DNA of 37,444 bases, taken from Candidatus Magasanikiibacteriota bacterium. Its GTDB lineage: Bacteria; Patescibacteriota; Patescibacteriia; Magasanikbacterales; UBA10146. Numbering within the stretch: position 1 is the stretch's first letter; each line of letters opens with the position of its first letter. This document shows, piece by piece, positions 18,978 through 28,320 of the stretch. The stretch lies in assembly GCA_016212585.1 (NCBI GenBank), contig JACRFU010000075.1, positions 1 to 37,444 on the forward strand, in the 5' to 3' direction. The position numbers were made by a program, and so were the translations under genes. The notes beneath the pieces are model-generated. The model was not told where the DNA came from, ran no database searches, and saw only the letters and a list, made by a program, of their open reading frames with translations.

Positions 18978-20030
18978 TTAAGGCAATTGACAAGAGTCCA
19001 CACTTTTATACGCAACATGCCTCATTGAGCAACGTTGATAATAACTATCGACTTTGCACATAGTACCGCTTAATTGAGTAAGTTCAGATGAAATACAGCT
19101 ATTTTCATAAGAACCAAACGCCTTTGAAGTGTCTGTCAAAAAAACAAACAAAAGAAGAGACGCAATTATGATTGATGACATACCAAGCAAAAATCCTCTG
19201 CCAAACAATCCAAACCTCGGAATATAATTGTCATCGGACAGCCTATTGACTCGTTCATCTATGACTGAACTAAAAAAAGACAATGCGAGTCCCGCGCGTA
19301 TTATATTTTTTTCTTCTCTTTGAGCCACTTTAAAAATTGCCCGCGCCAGAATTGATTTGTTCAAAAAATTATTCGTCGCCAGCTCATCCGCGGCCAGTTC
19401 GGAAAATGTTATGTATTTTTTTATAATTGTCTTTATTCCCGGCACAAAAAACAATACGCGTTGAAAATATTTCAAGACAAAAAGCCTTAATGGATCATGA
19501 GAAATAAGATGGTGCCGCTCGTGCAAAAGCACAGCGCTTAATTCAGCATATTCTAAAATATCAGTCAAGCCATTTGCAATACAAATTTTTGATCGTACAA
19601 TACCAAAACAAAAAACTATAGGCTCTTTACTTCTTATCTCCACAACCCTGCCCGGCGCGATACCAAGACTATCAAGCGATCTTTTGAGTTTTGAAGAATG
19701 AGTTGTTTTGGATAATTTTAAATAATCTATTGAGTATTTTCTTGTGCGTATCATCAAACTTACCAAGGTATACAACGCAAACCCCAAAAACGAAGTGGCA
19801 AAGATCCCCAACGCCCCCAAAGCCGCAAAAAGATAAGGATGTGAAGCAAGCGAAGCCATTTGAGAACATCCGCACGTCGTTTTAATTTTGTGTGTTATCA
19901 TTGGCAGATACAACCAAATTTTCTCGTAAATTTTAAAAAAAGCCATAGTAAGCAGGCCAAAAATAATACCAATTAAAAAAATGGCTTGTATAAAAGCTTT
20001 ACCTGTCTTTTGAGCAAATGGCGAGCGCAT
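18978..20030 (-). CDS. M56 family (BlaR1/MecR1-like) membrane metallopeptidase
   Basis: LSAVLLHERHH (HExxH), ELAADELA, TMs; no penicillin-binding sensor domain; CGC and Cys-rich C-terminus. Confidence 0.88.
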   Translation of the reverse strand: MRSPFAQKTGKAFIQAIFLIGIIFGLLTMAFFKIYEKIWLYLPMITHKIKTTCGCSQMASLASHPYLFAALGALGIFATSFLGFALYTLVSLMIRTRKYSIDYLKLSKTTHSSKLKRSLDSLGIAPGRVVEIRSKEPIVFCFGIVRSKICIANGLTDILEYAELSAVLLHERHHLISHDPLRLFVLKYFQRVLFFVPGIKTIIKKYITFSELAADELATNNFLNKSILARAIFKVAQREEKNIIRAGLALSFFSSVIDERVNRLSDDNYIPRFGLFGRGFLLGMSSIIIASLLLFVFLTDTSKAFGSYENSCISSELTQLSGTMCKVDSYYQRCSMRHVAYKSVDSCQLP

Positions 20031-20031
20031 A

Positions 20032-20418
20032 CTACTTTATAAACTTTTTTAATTTTTCCTTCCATCGGCCGGATTGTCGCGCGTCTGATTTTTCAATAAT
20101 ATCAAGAAATTGCGCGACCGCCACATCCCCATAAGTCTTAATAAAATTTTTAATTATCTTCTCGGAAGCATTTTCCAAAAAAGATTTTTTATCATTCACG
20201 GGAACATATAAAAAAGCGCCGCTTTTGTCCATTCTCCGTTTGAGCACCCCCTTATCGCTCAAACGGGCCATAACCGTCATTATGGTGGTATAGGCGATTT
20301 TTCTTTTTTTGCTCAACAGAGCCAGAACATCTCTCACATTAGCTTGTCCCGCTTCCCAAACTATATCCATAATTTCCGCTTCTAAATCTCCAAATATTTT
20401 TATTGTATTTCGCACCAT
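20032..20418 (-). CDS. BlaI/MecI/CopY-family transcriptional repressor
   Basis: FGDLEAEIMDIVW, IAYTTIMTVMARLSDKGVLKR; adjacent to the M56 gene. Confidence 0.93.
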   Translation of the reverse strand: MVRNTIKIFGDLEAEIMDIVWEAGQANVRDVLALLSKKRKIAYTTIMTVMARLSDKGVLKRRMDKSGAFLYVPVNDKKSFLENASEKIIKNFIKTYGDVAVAQFLDIIEKSDARQSGRWKEKLKKFIK

Positions 20419-20428
20419 AGATGTAATT

Positions 20429-20473
20429 AGTTACTACACAGAATAGTATAACAAAACCCGAGAAACCTTGCAA
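20429..20473 (-). promoter_or_regulatory. Repressor promoter with second operator copy
   Basis: TTGCAA-17 bp-TATACT; AGTTACTACACAGAATAGTA (20429-20448) matches 18884-18903 at 18 of 20 positions. Confidence 0.78.
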
Positions 20474-20515
20474 GCCATGCAATTTCATGGCACACTGTCC
20501 ATATACTAATTTCCC

Positions 20516-21634
20516 ATGCCAAAAAAAATCCTCATGCTCTCGCTCTCAGCAGGAAGCGGGCATGTCCGCGCGGCTGAAAGTCTTCGTGAAGAAGCACACA
20601 ACTCGTATCCAGACGCGATTGTTGAACATCGTGATATTATTGAATTTGTACATAAACCTCTCAAACTGATATACCGGGATTTTTATGTTTTTATGACCAA
20701 AAATGCCCCTCTCGTATGGGGGTACCTTTACAAAACCGCAAACTCGCCTATGGTGCGGGAAACGATCCACGCGACCTCACACATTCAAACACTTCTGGCA
20801 GCTGGTCTTGCGCGCTTTATAGATGTTTTCAAACCAGACATGATTGTGTGCACACATTTTGTATGCGCTGAAATCGCAACTTCCATACTCAAGGAGCGCG
20901 GTATGGCAACACCGGTAGCAATGGTGATTACCGATTATCAAATACATCATCTTTGGATGGTTGAGGGAGTGTATCATTATTTTGTGGCGACACAGACAAT
21001 AAAAAAAGATTTAATTGCCGCCGGAGTTGCTGCCGAGCGTATTACCGCAAGCGGTATACCAGTATCCACCGCAGTCATTGCTACTGAACGATCACCGCAT
21101 TTATATGAACATTATGTGGTAGAACAAGGGCGTCCTATAGTGCTCGCGCTCTCCGGCGGGTTTGGTTTGCAAGATACCTCAACAATTGTTCAAACGCTCA
21201 TGGCAAGCAAATTGCCACTTCAAATATGCGCCGTAGCTGGCTCCAACAAAGCACTTAAGGAAAAATTAGAAGCGCTTCAATCACCATCACATATTACGGT
21301 GCGTATATATGATTTTGTGCGTGCCATACATGAACTCTACGCGCTCGCGGATGTTGTTATCAGTAAAGCAGGGGGACTGACGGTAACCGAATGCATCACG
21401 CGCGGAGTGCCACTCATTATCACCGAACCTCTGCCCGGACAAGAAGCCGCAAACGCGAATTTCTTGCAGACACACAAGGCCGCGCTTCAAATCAAAAAAA
21501 CTCCTGATGTGCTCAATAAAATTCATCGCATTCTCACCAACGCGGCACTTCGCGGTGAACTCACAAAAAACATGAAAAAAATAGCGCGTCCTTATGCGGC
21601 TCGCGCGATTCTTGAGCAAGTCATCAAAGAGTAA
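20516..21634 (+). CDS. UgtP/YpfP/MGDG-synthase-like glycosyltransferase (GT28)
   Basis: SAGSGHVRAA, PDMIVCTH, VITDY..H..W, SKAGGLT, PLPGQE..NA motifs. Confidence 0.9.
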   Translation: MPKKILMLSLSAGSGHVRAAESLREEAHNSYPDAIVEHRDIIEFVHKPLKLIYRDFYVFMTKNAPLVWGYLYKTANSPMVRETIHATSHIQTLLAAGLARFIDVFKPDMIVCTHFVCAEIATSILKERGMATPVAMVITDYQIHHLWMVEGVYHYFVATQTIKKDLIAAGVAAERITASGIPVSTAVIATERSPHLYEHYVVEQGRPIVLALSGGFGLQDTSTIVQTLMASKLPLQICAVAGSNKALKEKLEALQSPSHITVRIYDFVRAIHELYALADVVISKAGGLTVTECITRGVPLIITEPLPGQEAANANFLQTHKAALQIKKTPDVLNKIHRILTNAALRGELTKNMKKIARPYAARAILEQVIKE

Positions 21635-21650
21635 CCCTTGCTGCATAAGA

Positions 21651-21805
21651 CTTGTCCCCAAATAGGCTTTCGTTACGAAATTGCCAAATTTTGAGGCAAA
21701 ATTGTTGAATAAATTTTGAGGTTTAACAGCGGTTAAGCTGAAAAATTTTGAAATAATTTTGACCGAAATTTGGCAATTGCAGCAGAAATGCTATTGGGGG
21801 ACAAG
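21651..21805 (+). repeat. Palindromic element family A, copy 2
   Basis: Terminal stem CTTGTCCCC/GGGGACAAG, inner AATTGCCAAATTT/AAATTTGGCAATT, shared core; lies between convergent genes. Confidence 0.93.
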
Positions 21806-21920
21806 GATATAGATGCGCGAGATTGCGTGAACATCAAAAAACAACTCCGCTGGCCGCGGAGCTGTTTTTAAGAGTTGTGCATATTTCCTGCATCCAAATT
21901 CCACGCAGGATTGAGATATA

Positions 21921-23333
21921 TTACGGAGCGATATTTTGCTGACCGCCTCCAATACCAAATTGGCTGAAGTCAACGGAATTGATTTGCTTGAATTGTTGAG
22001 GACCTTGTTCCCATGGGCGCGATTCTTGCGCTCCAGAGAGCTCTTGGCGCGCGGCATCAAACTGCTGACGCAAATCCTCAAGTTCTTGCAAAGCAGACAT
22101 CACCGCTTCTTCATCCAATGGTTTTGTCTTTAATAGAGCAAATATCTCTTGTCCTTTTGCTTGTGATTGCGCGAGTACATCTTCCAGCGCGGAGGTATCA
22201 ACTTTACTGCGTTTTAGAGATTTAATGGTTCTCTGCGCGTCTGCGATACCGCGTTTGAAATCAGAGGTGAAACGACCCAAATTGCTCATCGTCTGTATAA
22301 TACGATCGTTCTGCCACACATCCTGCATGGCGCCAAAGAATCTGTCTTCAAGCGCGCTAAACGCGCCTTCTGAATCACCAGACTTAATTTTTGAATCAGC
22401 TTCATCGCGCACTGCCTTGAGTCCGCTAATAGCAGTTTCAAACGCGTTGTATTCATCGGATAAATCAATACCTTGTTTTGATAACTTCGCGACAATTGAT
22501 TTATCTCTCTTTAATGCTGATTCTAATCGCTTAATTTCGCTGTTAAGTTGTTTGATGGTTTGCGGCCAACGAGCAAGCATCTCTAACTGCTGACGGCAAC
22601 CGTCAAGAGACTGCATGGCCTCTTGCAAATCCTCTATACCCGCTTCTTGAACAGCTTCAAAGGTTTCCGCGGTTTTGACAGCCGCAATGACAGTTTTTAC
22701 CTTTGTAAGATTATCAGAACATTCGGTAGGTACAACAATACCTTGTTTGGTAAGTTTTGTAATTTGCTTATCAAACATATTGATACCTTGCTCCATGCCT
22801 TTCATACCTTTCTTCATTTGTGCTAACTGCTGTTTTTCCATTTGTTTCTGGCGAGCTTCTTGTTGTTGTTGCTGTTTTTCTGACATGCCATTATCACCAT
22901 TTTCTTGGTCATTGCCCATGCCTTGACCTTGGTCGCCGCCAAAACCCTGCTGGTTAGGACCGCTAAAACCTTGTCTTTGGTTAGTATCCATTTGTTGATT
23001 AGGACCGCCAAAACCTCTTGAGTTTTGCATTTGATTTGTACCCTGCTGATTGCCCATGCCTTGACCTTGGTCACCGCCAAAACCCTGCTGGTTAGGACCG
23101 CCAGAACCCGGTTGCATGCCTGGTTGACCGCCTGGTGGAGGTGACATTGGAGCATTCATAGGAGCAGGTGAACCACCCACAGGAGAAGGAGCACTGCCTT
23201 GTATGCTCTGAGCAAGCAAAAGCATTGGGAAGCCTACTCCCAACACCGTAAACGCCAAAAGTGAAAACACAACAGCCGACACATGGGGGTAGTGACGATG
23301 ATGTATGATCCCCGGCTTGCAAAATAGTTGCAT
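21921..23333 (-). CDS. Exported protein with Gly/Gln/Met-rich repeats and a long helical coiled-coil region
   Basis: Hydrophobic N-terminal signal, repeated GPNQQGFGGDQGQGMGN, poly-Q, then ~280 aa helical heptad-like sequence. Confidence 0.82.
   Translation of the reverse strand: MQLFCKPGIIHHRHYPHVSAVVFSLLAFTVLGVGFPMLLLAQSIQGSAPSPVGGSPAPMNAPMSPPPGGQPGMQPGSGGPNQQGFGGDQGQGMGNQQGTNQMQNSRGFGGPNQQMDTNQRQGFSGPNQQGFGGDQGQGMGNDQENGDNGMSEKQQQQQEARQKQMEKQQLAQMKKGMKGMEQGINMFDKQITKLTKQGIVVPTECSDNLTKVKTVIAAVKTAETFEAVQEAGIEDLQEAMQSLDGCRQQLEMLARWPQTIKQLNSEIKRLESALKRDKSIVAKLSKQGIDLSDEYNAFETAISGLKAVRDEADSKIKSGDSEGAFSALEDRFFGAMQDVWQNDRIIQTMSNLGRFTSDFKRGIADAQRTIKSLKRSKVDTSALEDVLAQSQAKGQEIFALLKTKPLDEEAVMSALQELEDLRQQFDAARQELSGAQESRPWEQGPQQFKQINSVDFSQFGIGGGQQNIAP
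22911..23101. repeat. Intragenic 53-bp direct repeat
   Basis: 22911-22963 and 23049-23101 differ at one base. Confidence 0.9.
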
Positions 23334-23502
23334 ATGCCTAAAATTAAATAATTAAAAAATACCCAAAATTTGAGTATTTGTATTTAATAAACTTAAAATT
23401 TTTCGTAATCCTCCTTGAGATAACATAAGACGACGCTTTTATTTTTGTTTTTATTTTAGAAATTTTTTGAATACACTTTAACTTTTGATGTATTCTGCAT
23501 AT

Positions 23503-23531
23503 AGTATACCATTTTTTTAAGCCAAAGTCAA
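23503..23531 (-). promoter_or_regulatory. Putative sigma70 promoter for the coiled-coil gene
   Basis: TTGACT-17 bp-TATACT, about 170 bp upstream of the start at 23333. Confidence 0.6.
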
Positions 23532-23600
23532 TAGCAAAAATGCAAAAAAATCATTTATGACGACACGCATCGCAACTCATGTTATACTTAAAACACTTGT

Positions 23601-25193
23601 ATGTGCACTCCATTCAAAAAAATCACCACACCCCTCCCCTATCTTGCCATTGCAGGGTATTTTATCTACCTCCAATGGGGCGCTGGGTTTGCCGATCCTG
23701 ATTCTTTTTACCACGCAGGCGTAAGCACTATCATGGGGCAAAAACAAATAATACTCAAACAATTCGCATGGTTTACTTTTAACAATTTCAACGGACAGTT
23801 TGTTGATCATCAATTTCTCTATCATCTTCTCCTTGCGCCTTTCACTTTATTTATATCTCCTCTTGTAGTGACTAAGACAATCGCTGTAATTCTTGCGGTG
23901 CTTTTCTTTGTGGTGTTTGATTTTATATTAAAACGAACAGGAATCCGCAATCGTCTCATCTATATTTTTATTCTCCTCACCACCAGCCCATTTATAGTGC
24001 GCCTGAATCTTGCCAAAGCAGGCTCGCTCGCGCTCATATTGTTATTGTTAGGTACATACGGCTTGTGGCATAAAAAATATACATTATTATTTTTCACGAC
24101 ATTTTTATATGTCTGGACGCACGCGGGTTGGATGAGTATGGGTGTAGTGTACTTCACATGGATACTCGCACGAATCCTTACCAAAGATAATCCACTACCC
24201 TCTATTTATGGAAACAACATTTTTGGCATGAGTACAAAATATATACGCACACTTTTCATCGATCGCGCGTTATGGGCTATAGGCGGCGGGGTGCTGTTTG
24301 GAATAGTATTCAACCCATACTTTCCTAACAACCTCAAATTTTATTGGCAACAAGCAGTGCAGATTGGACTCGTGAATTATCAGTCAGTAATTAATGTTGG
24401 CAACGAGTGGTACCCATTCCCTATTGCCAAACTTTTCACAGAACTTATTGGTATTTGGATTGTGTTCGCCGTCGCACTCGCGGCATTTATTTTTCTCTGC
24501 CTATGCACTCAACAAAATGAACTCCGGCCGCGCACCCGCGCGCTTGCGGTCAAACTATTGCATAGCACCATACTTGCGGGACTATGGTTTACGCTCACAC
24601 TCAAATCCGCGCGCTATGTAGAGTACCTCGCGCCAACCGCGCTGATTGCGGGAGCCTTCTTGATGGAAATATCTCTTCGACTTGGCGCTTGGACATATCT
24701 AAAAAAATATGCGCAACCGCACCGCGCACTGTACCGCATGCTCGCGTTTGCACTGCTCATTTTTTATATCGGTTGGAGCGCGTACGAATCGCAAGCGATC
24801 CGCGTTTTCTTAACGCAAACATTGCCATGGACCCGCTTTGAAAAATCAAGCGCCTATCTTGCCGCGCATACGCCTGATACAACGCTCGTGTTCCACACCA
24901 ATTGGAGCGACGCGCCGCTTTTGTTTTTCCACAATACGCACAACCGTTATATGGCAGGGCTTGATCCAACCTTTTTCTATCTTGCCAACCCAGAACTCTT
25001 TCGCCGTTATATAGATATCGCGCAAGGGAGTGTTCATAAACCAGCAGAAGCAATCTTCAATGCCTTCAACACTCCGTATATACTCATCACGCTCCCACAA
25101 GATGGGAACCTCAACTATCAATTAAAAAAAGAGCCACGCGCACAAGCTCTTTTTCATGACGATAATTCAATAGTGTATCGCTACACACCGTAA
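23601..25193 (+). CDS. Polytopic membrane protein, probable GT-C fold (ArnT/PMT/STT3-like) glycosyltransferase
   Basis: DPDSFYH in the first external loop, ~12 TMs, soluble C-terminal domain with TNWSD; function is inference. Confidence 0.62.
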   Translation: MCTPFKKITTPLPYLAIAGYFIYLQWGAGFADPDSFYHAGVSTIMGQKQIILKQFAWFTFNNFNGQFVDHQFLYHLLLAPFTLFISPLVVTKTIAVILAVLFFVVFDFILKRTGIRNRLIYIFILLTTSPFIVRLNLAKAGSLALILLLLGTYGLWHKKYTLLFFTTFLYVWTHAGWMSMGVVYFTWILARILTKDNPLPSIYGNNIFGMSTKYIRTLFIDRALWAIGGGVLFGIVFNPYFPNNLKFYWQQAVQIGLVNYQSVINVGNEWYPFPIAKLFTELIGIWIVFAVALAAFIFLCLCTQQNELRPRTRALAVKLLHSTILAGLWFTLTLKSARYVEYLAPTALIAGAFLMEISLRLGAWTYLKKYAQPHRALYRMLAFALLIFYIGWSAYESQAIRVFLTQTLPWTRFEKSSAYLAAHTPDTTLVFHTNWSDAPLLFFHNTHNRYMAGLDPTFFYLANPELFRRYIDIAQGSVHKPAEAIFNAFNTPYILITLPQDGNLNYQLKKEPRAQALFHDDNSIVYRYTP

Positions 25194-25194
25194 T

Positions 25195-25668
25195 TTACTT
25201 ATACTGCGAGGAATAATAATCATACAGCGGATTAACCGTCGCTTTGAGCAGATAATTGAACACCAAACGAGAAATACCATACGCGGAAAGCACAATCGCA
25301 ATGCCAATGACGCCATTGGTAATCAAACCTTTGGCGGTTTTGATTTTGTCCTCTTCTCCACCGGCGGTAAGCCACAAAAAGCCCGCGTACACCACCAGTC
25401 CCACAAACACCATACCGAGCAACGAGAGTGAAACATAAATAATATACGCTACTGTCTGGCGCGGGTCTTGATTTTTAAGCCCCGTGCTTTTGCCCGCGGT
25501 GTCTAATTGTTTGTTAATATCCGCGGCGGCGTTGGTTTGCGGTTCTTGCGCGAGCTGATAGGCGGCGCGCGCTTGCGGCGCTTGCAGTAGTAATGCAAAA
25601 ACAGCTCCAACCACCCATAAAAGAAAAGGGCTGGCGGCAAAAAAATGTTTGCGTAATGATGTTTGCAT
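25195..25668 (-). CDS. CPR-type pilin-like protein (VirB2/TrbC-like, T4SS_pilin)
   Basis: Signal peptide plus YAGFLWLTAGGEEDKIKTAK...GVIGIAIVLSAY hairpin; start moved to ATG 25668. Confidence 0.82.
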   Translation of the reverse strand: MQTSLRKHFFAASPFLLWVVGAVFALLLQAPQARAAYQLAQEPQTNAAADINKQLDTAGKSTGLKNQDPRQTVAYIIYVSLSLLGMVFVGLVVYAGFLWLTAGGEEDKIKTAKGLITNGVIGIAIVLSAYGISRLVFNYLLKATVNPLYDYYSSQYK

Positions 25669-25700
25669 ATAACGCGTTGAAAATCTTCTTTGAAAATTAA

Positions 25701-26120
25701 TTAAGGCTTCACGCCCGGTGTTGAGGATGCCGGCTGTGTGAGAGATGACTGCACAATAGCTCCAACAATCCATTTGGTGATACCAAAAGACGATAACACA
25801 ATAATCAGCCCAATAATAGCGTTGCGAAGATATTTTATGGCGGTTTTTATCTGTTCTTCATCCCCGCCGGCGGTAAGGTACTGATAGCCCGCAAAGACCG
25901 TAAAAGCCAAAAATAAGACGCCCAATATCCCGAGCGACGCGGATATAATGTTGCCTACTGTCTGGGCAAGCGAGGTATCATCCCCAGCAGTGTTATACTT
26001 TGCGTTTTTCCCCACCCCTTGAAGTAAACTTTGCGCGGTTTCCGGCGTTTCCGCGTCAAGGCGTAACGGAAAAACTAACAACAAACTAAACGCAAGAAAA
26101 GCTAATAAAGTAAATTTCAT
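25701..26120 (-). CDS. CPR-type pilin-like protein
   Basis: FAGYQYLTAGGDEEQIKTA...AIIGLIIVLSSF. Confidence 0.85.
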   Translation of the reverse strand: MKFTLLAFLAFSLLLVFPLRLDAETPETAQSLLQGVGKNAKYNTAGDDTSLAQTVGNIISASLGILGVLFLAFTVFAGYQYLTAGGDEEQIKTAIKYLRNAIIGLIIVLSSFGITKWIVGAIVQSSLTQPASSTPGVKP

Positions 26121-26212
26121 ATCAACAATATTTGAATAAGATTCAAAATAATCTTATGGATACCACATTGAGAAACCGCATTAAGAATTCTTTAATGATG
26201 CATCTTCCATGA

Positions 26213-26635
26213 TTACTTAGCTGACGGGCTTGCCGTGGTTGTTGTCGCGTTGGTGAGCCTTGTTACGATAAAGTTAGTCAGCACATACGCCGCGAGCACC
26301 ACCGCCATGCCAATGGTCGCCATAATGATAATATCTTTTGCTTTTTTGGCCTGTGTCTCGTCTCCGCGCGCGATCATCCAAATATACCCCCCATAGACGG
26401 TTAAAATTAAAAATATAACTCCCACGAGCGTCAAAGCGATATTAATAATGCCGCCAACCTGCTTTTCAAAAGCGCCCTGTTCAAGTTTGCCTGTGCCGCC
26501 ATATACGCCGCTTCCAACTTTTTCCAATCGTCCTTGAAGCGTAGGAGGAGGATCAGCTGCAAATACAGGAGACACTGTCCACACAACGCTATATACAACA
26601 AAAAAAACAAACAGGAGAGAGAAAACATATTTCAT
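26213..26635 (-). CDS. CPR-type pilin-like protein
   Basis: YGGYIWMIARGDETQAKKAK; start either 26635 (MKYVF) or 26671. Confidence 0.82.
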   Translation of the reverse strand: MKYVFSLLFVFFVVYSVVWTVSPVFAADPPPTLQGRLEKVGSGVYGGTGKLEQGAFEKQVGGIINIALTLVGVIFLILTVYGGYIWMIARGDETQAKKAKDIIIMATIGMAVVLAAYVLTNFIVTRLTNATTTTASPSAK

Positions 26636-26698
26636 AATTATGTTTACTATATTGAATTTAAATAGACTCATTTTAAAGATGTTGGAAATGTTTGTGCA

Positions 26699-27100
26699 CT
26701 AACCAGGAGCATTAAATACTTGGGTTGCCACCAGGTAGGTGGCGGTGTAAGAAAGCAAAATAATCACCATGCCAATGGTCGCCATAATGATAATATCTTT
26801 TGCTTTTTTGGCCTGTGTCTCGTCTCCGCGCGCCGTCATCCACAAAAACCCGCCATAGAGCATCAAAAGAAAAAACGCGACGCCGACAAAAGAAAGTGCC
26901 ACTTGAATAATTTGTCCAACTCTTTTTTCAGGATCGCTTGAAACATCCAACCCCGCGCCTCCAGAGCCAGCTGCTTGTTTAAATTGTTTGTCCGCGTCGC
27001 CAAAGTTAAGCGCGGCGCGCGCTGGAAATACGCTTCCCAACCACACTGCCGGCACCGCGGTCGCGATCATTATACTCGCAATGCTTTTATTCAAACGCAT
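26699..27100 (-). CDS. CPR-type pilin-like protein
   Basis: Signal ARA-A; YGGFLWMTARGDETQAKKAK. Confidence 0.85.
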   Translation of the reverse strand: MRLNKSIASIMIATAVPAVWLGSVFPARAALNFGDADKQFKQAAGSGGAGLDVSSDPEKRVGQIIQVALSFVGVAFFLLMLYGGFLWMTARGDETQAKKAKDIIIMATIGMVIILLSYTATYLVATQVFNAPG

Positions 27101-27104
27101 AAAA

Positions 27105-27662
27105 TTATTTAACCGCAGTTACCACATTACTAAACACGAATGAAGTAATAATACCCGCGGCGGCAACAATAATAATGCCAATGACCGCGTCTATGATAAT
27201 ATCTCTTGCTTTTTTGGCCTGCGTCTCGTCTCCGCGCGCCATCATCCACAAAAACCCGCCATAGAGCATCAACAGGAAAAACGCGATGCCTACGAGTGAA
27301 AGCACCACTCCAATAATCTTTCCGGTAATTCCCGCGACGGTTCCGCTTGTTTTTATTCCCGCGGCTCCGGCTGTTGCGTTGAGACCGTAGTTTCCTCCGC
27401 TAATTTCTCCTGTTTTACTGCTCTCAGTTTTATTTTGTGAACACTCACTAAACACACTGCATGGCTGATTAAGTTTTAAATTTCCGCTACATTGACTAAT
27501 AGTGGCATTGTCAAGACAAAAATTATTGCTATTCACACAACATCCTTCGTTTGTTGCATAAACCAACTGAGGAAAAGTTACCAAACTTAAAATATTTACC
27601 ACTGAAAAAACTAAGGCTGAAAAAACTAAAATGTTGCGCTTCATAAGTAAATTTGTTTCCAT
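27105..27662 (-). CDS. CPR-type pilin-like protein with six-Cys N-terminal domain
   Basis: GCCV...C...C...C...C then YGGFLWMMARGDETQAKKAR. Confidence 0.85.
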   Translation of the reverse strand: METNLLMKRNILVFSALVFSVVNILSLVTFPQLVYATNEGCCVNSNNFCLDNATISQCSGNLKLNQPCSVFSECSQNKTESSKTGEISGGNYGLNATAGAAGIKTSGTVAGITGKIIGVVLSLVGIAFFLLMLYGGFLWMMARGDETQAKKARDIIIDAVIGIIIVAAAGIITSFVFSNVVTAVK

Positions 27663-27722
27663 AATAATTTTCTTCTATCTGATTGCGTGTGCAATAAAAC
27701 ACAAGAAAGTTATTATTCAAAC

Positions 27723-27767
27723 CCTCTCGCCAGAGCGCGTCATGCGTGCGCGCGCCCCGGCAAGAGG
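27723..27767 (-). terminator. GC-rich 17-bp hairpin, terminator or mRNA-stabilising stem
   Basis: Minus strand CCTCTTGCCGGGGCGCG...CGCGCTCTGGCGAGAGG pairs with three G-U; only a short U run follows. Confidence 0.55.
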
Positions 27768-27843
27768 CAGATATATCTGAAAAATTCCGCGCGTTTGTTA
27801 TGAATCAATATCGCGCTCTAACAACTTTAATTTTATTTTTATC

Positions 27844-28272
27844 CTAGGATGTGGCCTTTACCAAACTGTCTATGACGAACTTGGCGATGGCGTACGCGGA
27901 CAATATAATCGCCAAACCAATCACGCCGGCGATAATGCGTTTTTTTGCTTCCCCTGTTTTTTCTTCATTTCCTCCGGCAGTCATCCATTCAAAACCGCCA
28001 ATAAGGATAATGACAACAGCCACAATGCCGAGCAAACCTAGCGCGACGTTGATGATGTTGCCAACGGTTACACGAATATCTTTATTGCCCAAACCTGTTG
28101 ATCCACTTAGACTTTCACTATTAGAGTTTCCAATACCTTCAATGCCCAGCGCCTTGTTGCCGTTAGTAGTATCAATAGGAACTGGCGTATACGCCGATGC
28201 CAACGCAGGAACCAACATTGTCCCCAATAAGCTCGCGGTTGCTAAAAATGAAATAATTTTTTTCTTTGTCAT
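27844..28272 (-). CDS. CPR-type pilin-like protein, candidate major subunit
   Basis: IGGFEWMTAGGNEEKTGEAKK; strong SD (GGGGGTGA) before ATG 28272. Confidence 0.87.
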   Translation of the reverse strand: MTKKKIISFLATASLLGTMLVPALASAYTPVPIDTTNGNKALGIEGIGNSNSESLSGSTGLGNKDIRVTVGNIINVALGLLGIVAVVIILIGGFEWMTAGGNEEKTGEAKKRIIAGVIGLAIILSAYAIAKFVIDSLVKATS

Positions 28273-28320
28273 GTTTTCACCCCCTTTCAAATAGTAAAGA
28301 TAATTTGCTTGTCAAAAAAT

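Noticed and set aside
23340..23500. Possible leader peptide or riboswitch in the long AT-rich leader (24-codon ORF, AAGGAGGA)
   Set aside because: The SD-like sequence has no suitably placed start codon and I saw no convincing structure
26131..26197. Overlapping short inverted repeats between pilin genes
   Set aside because: Only 6-8 bp and AT-rich, expected by chance, with no second copy
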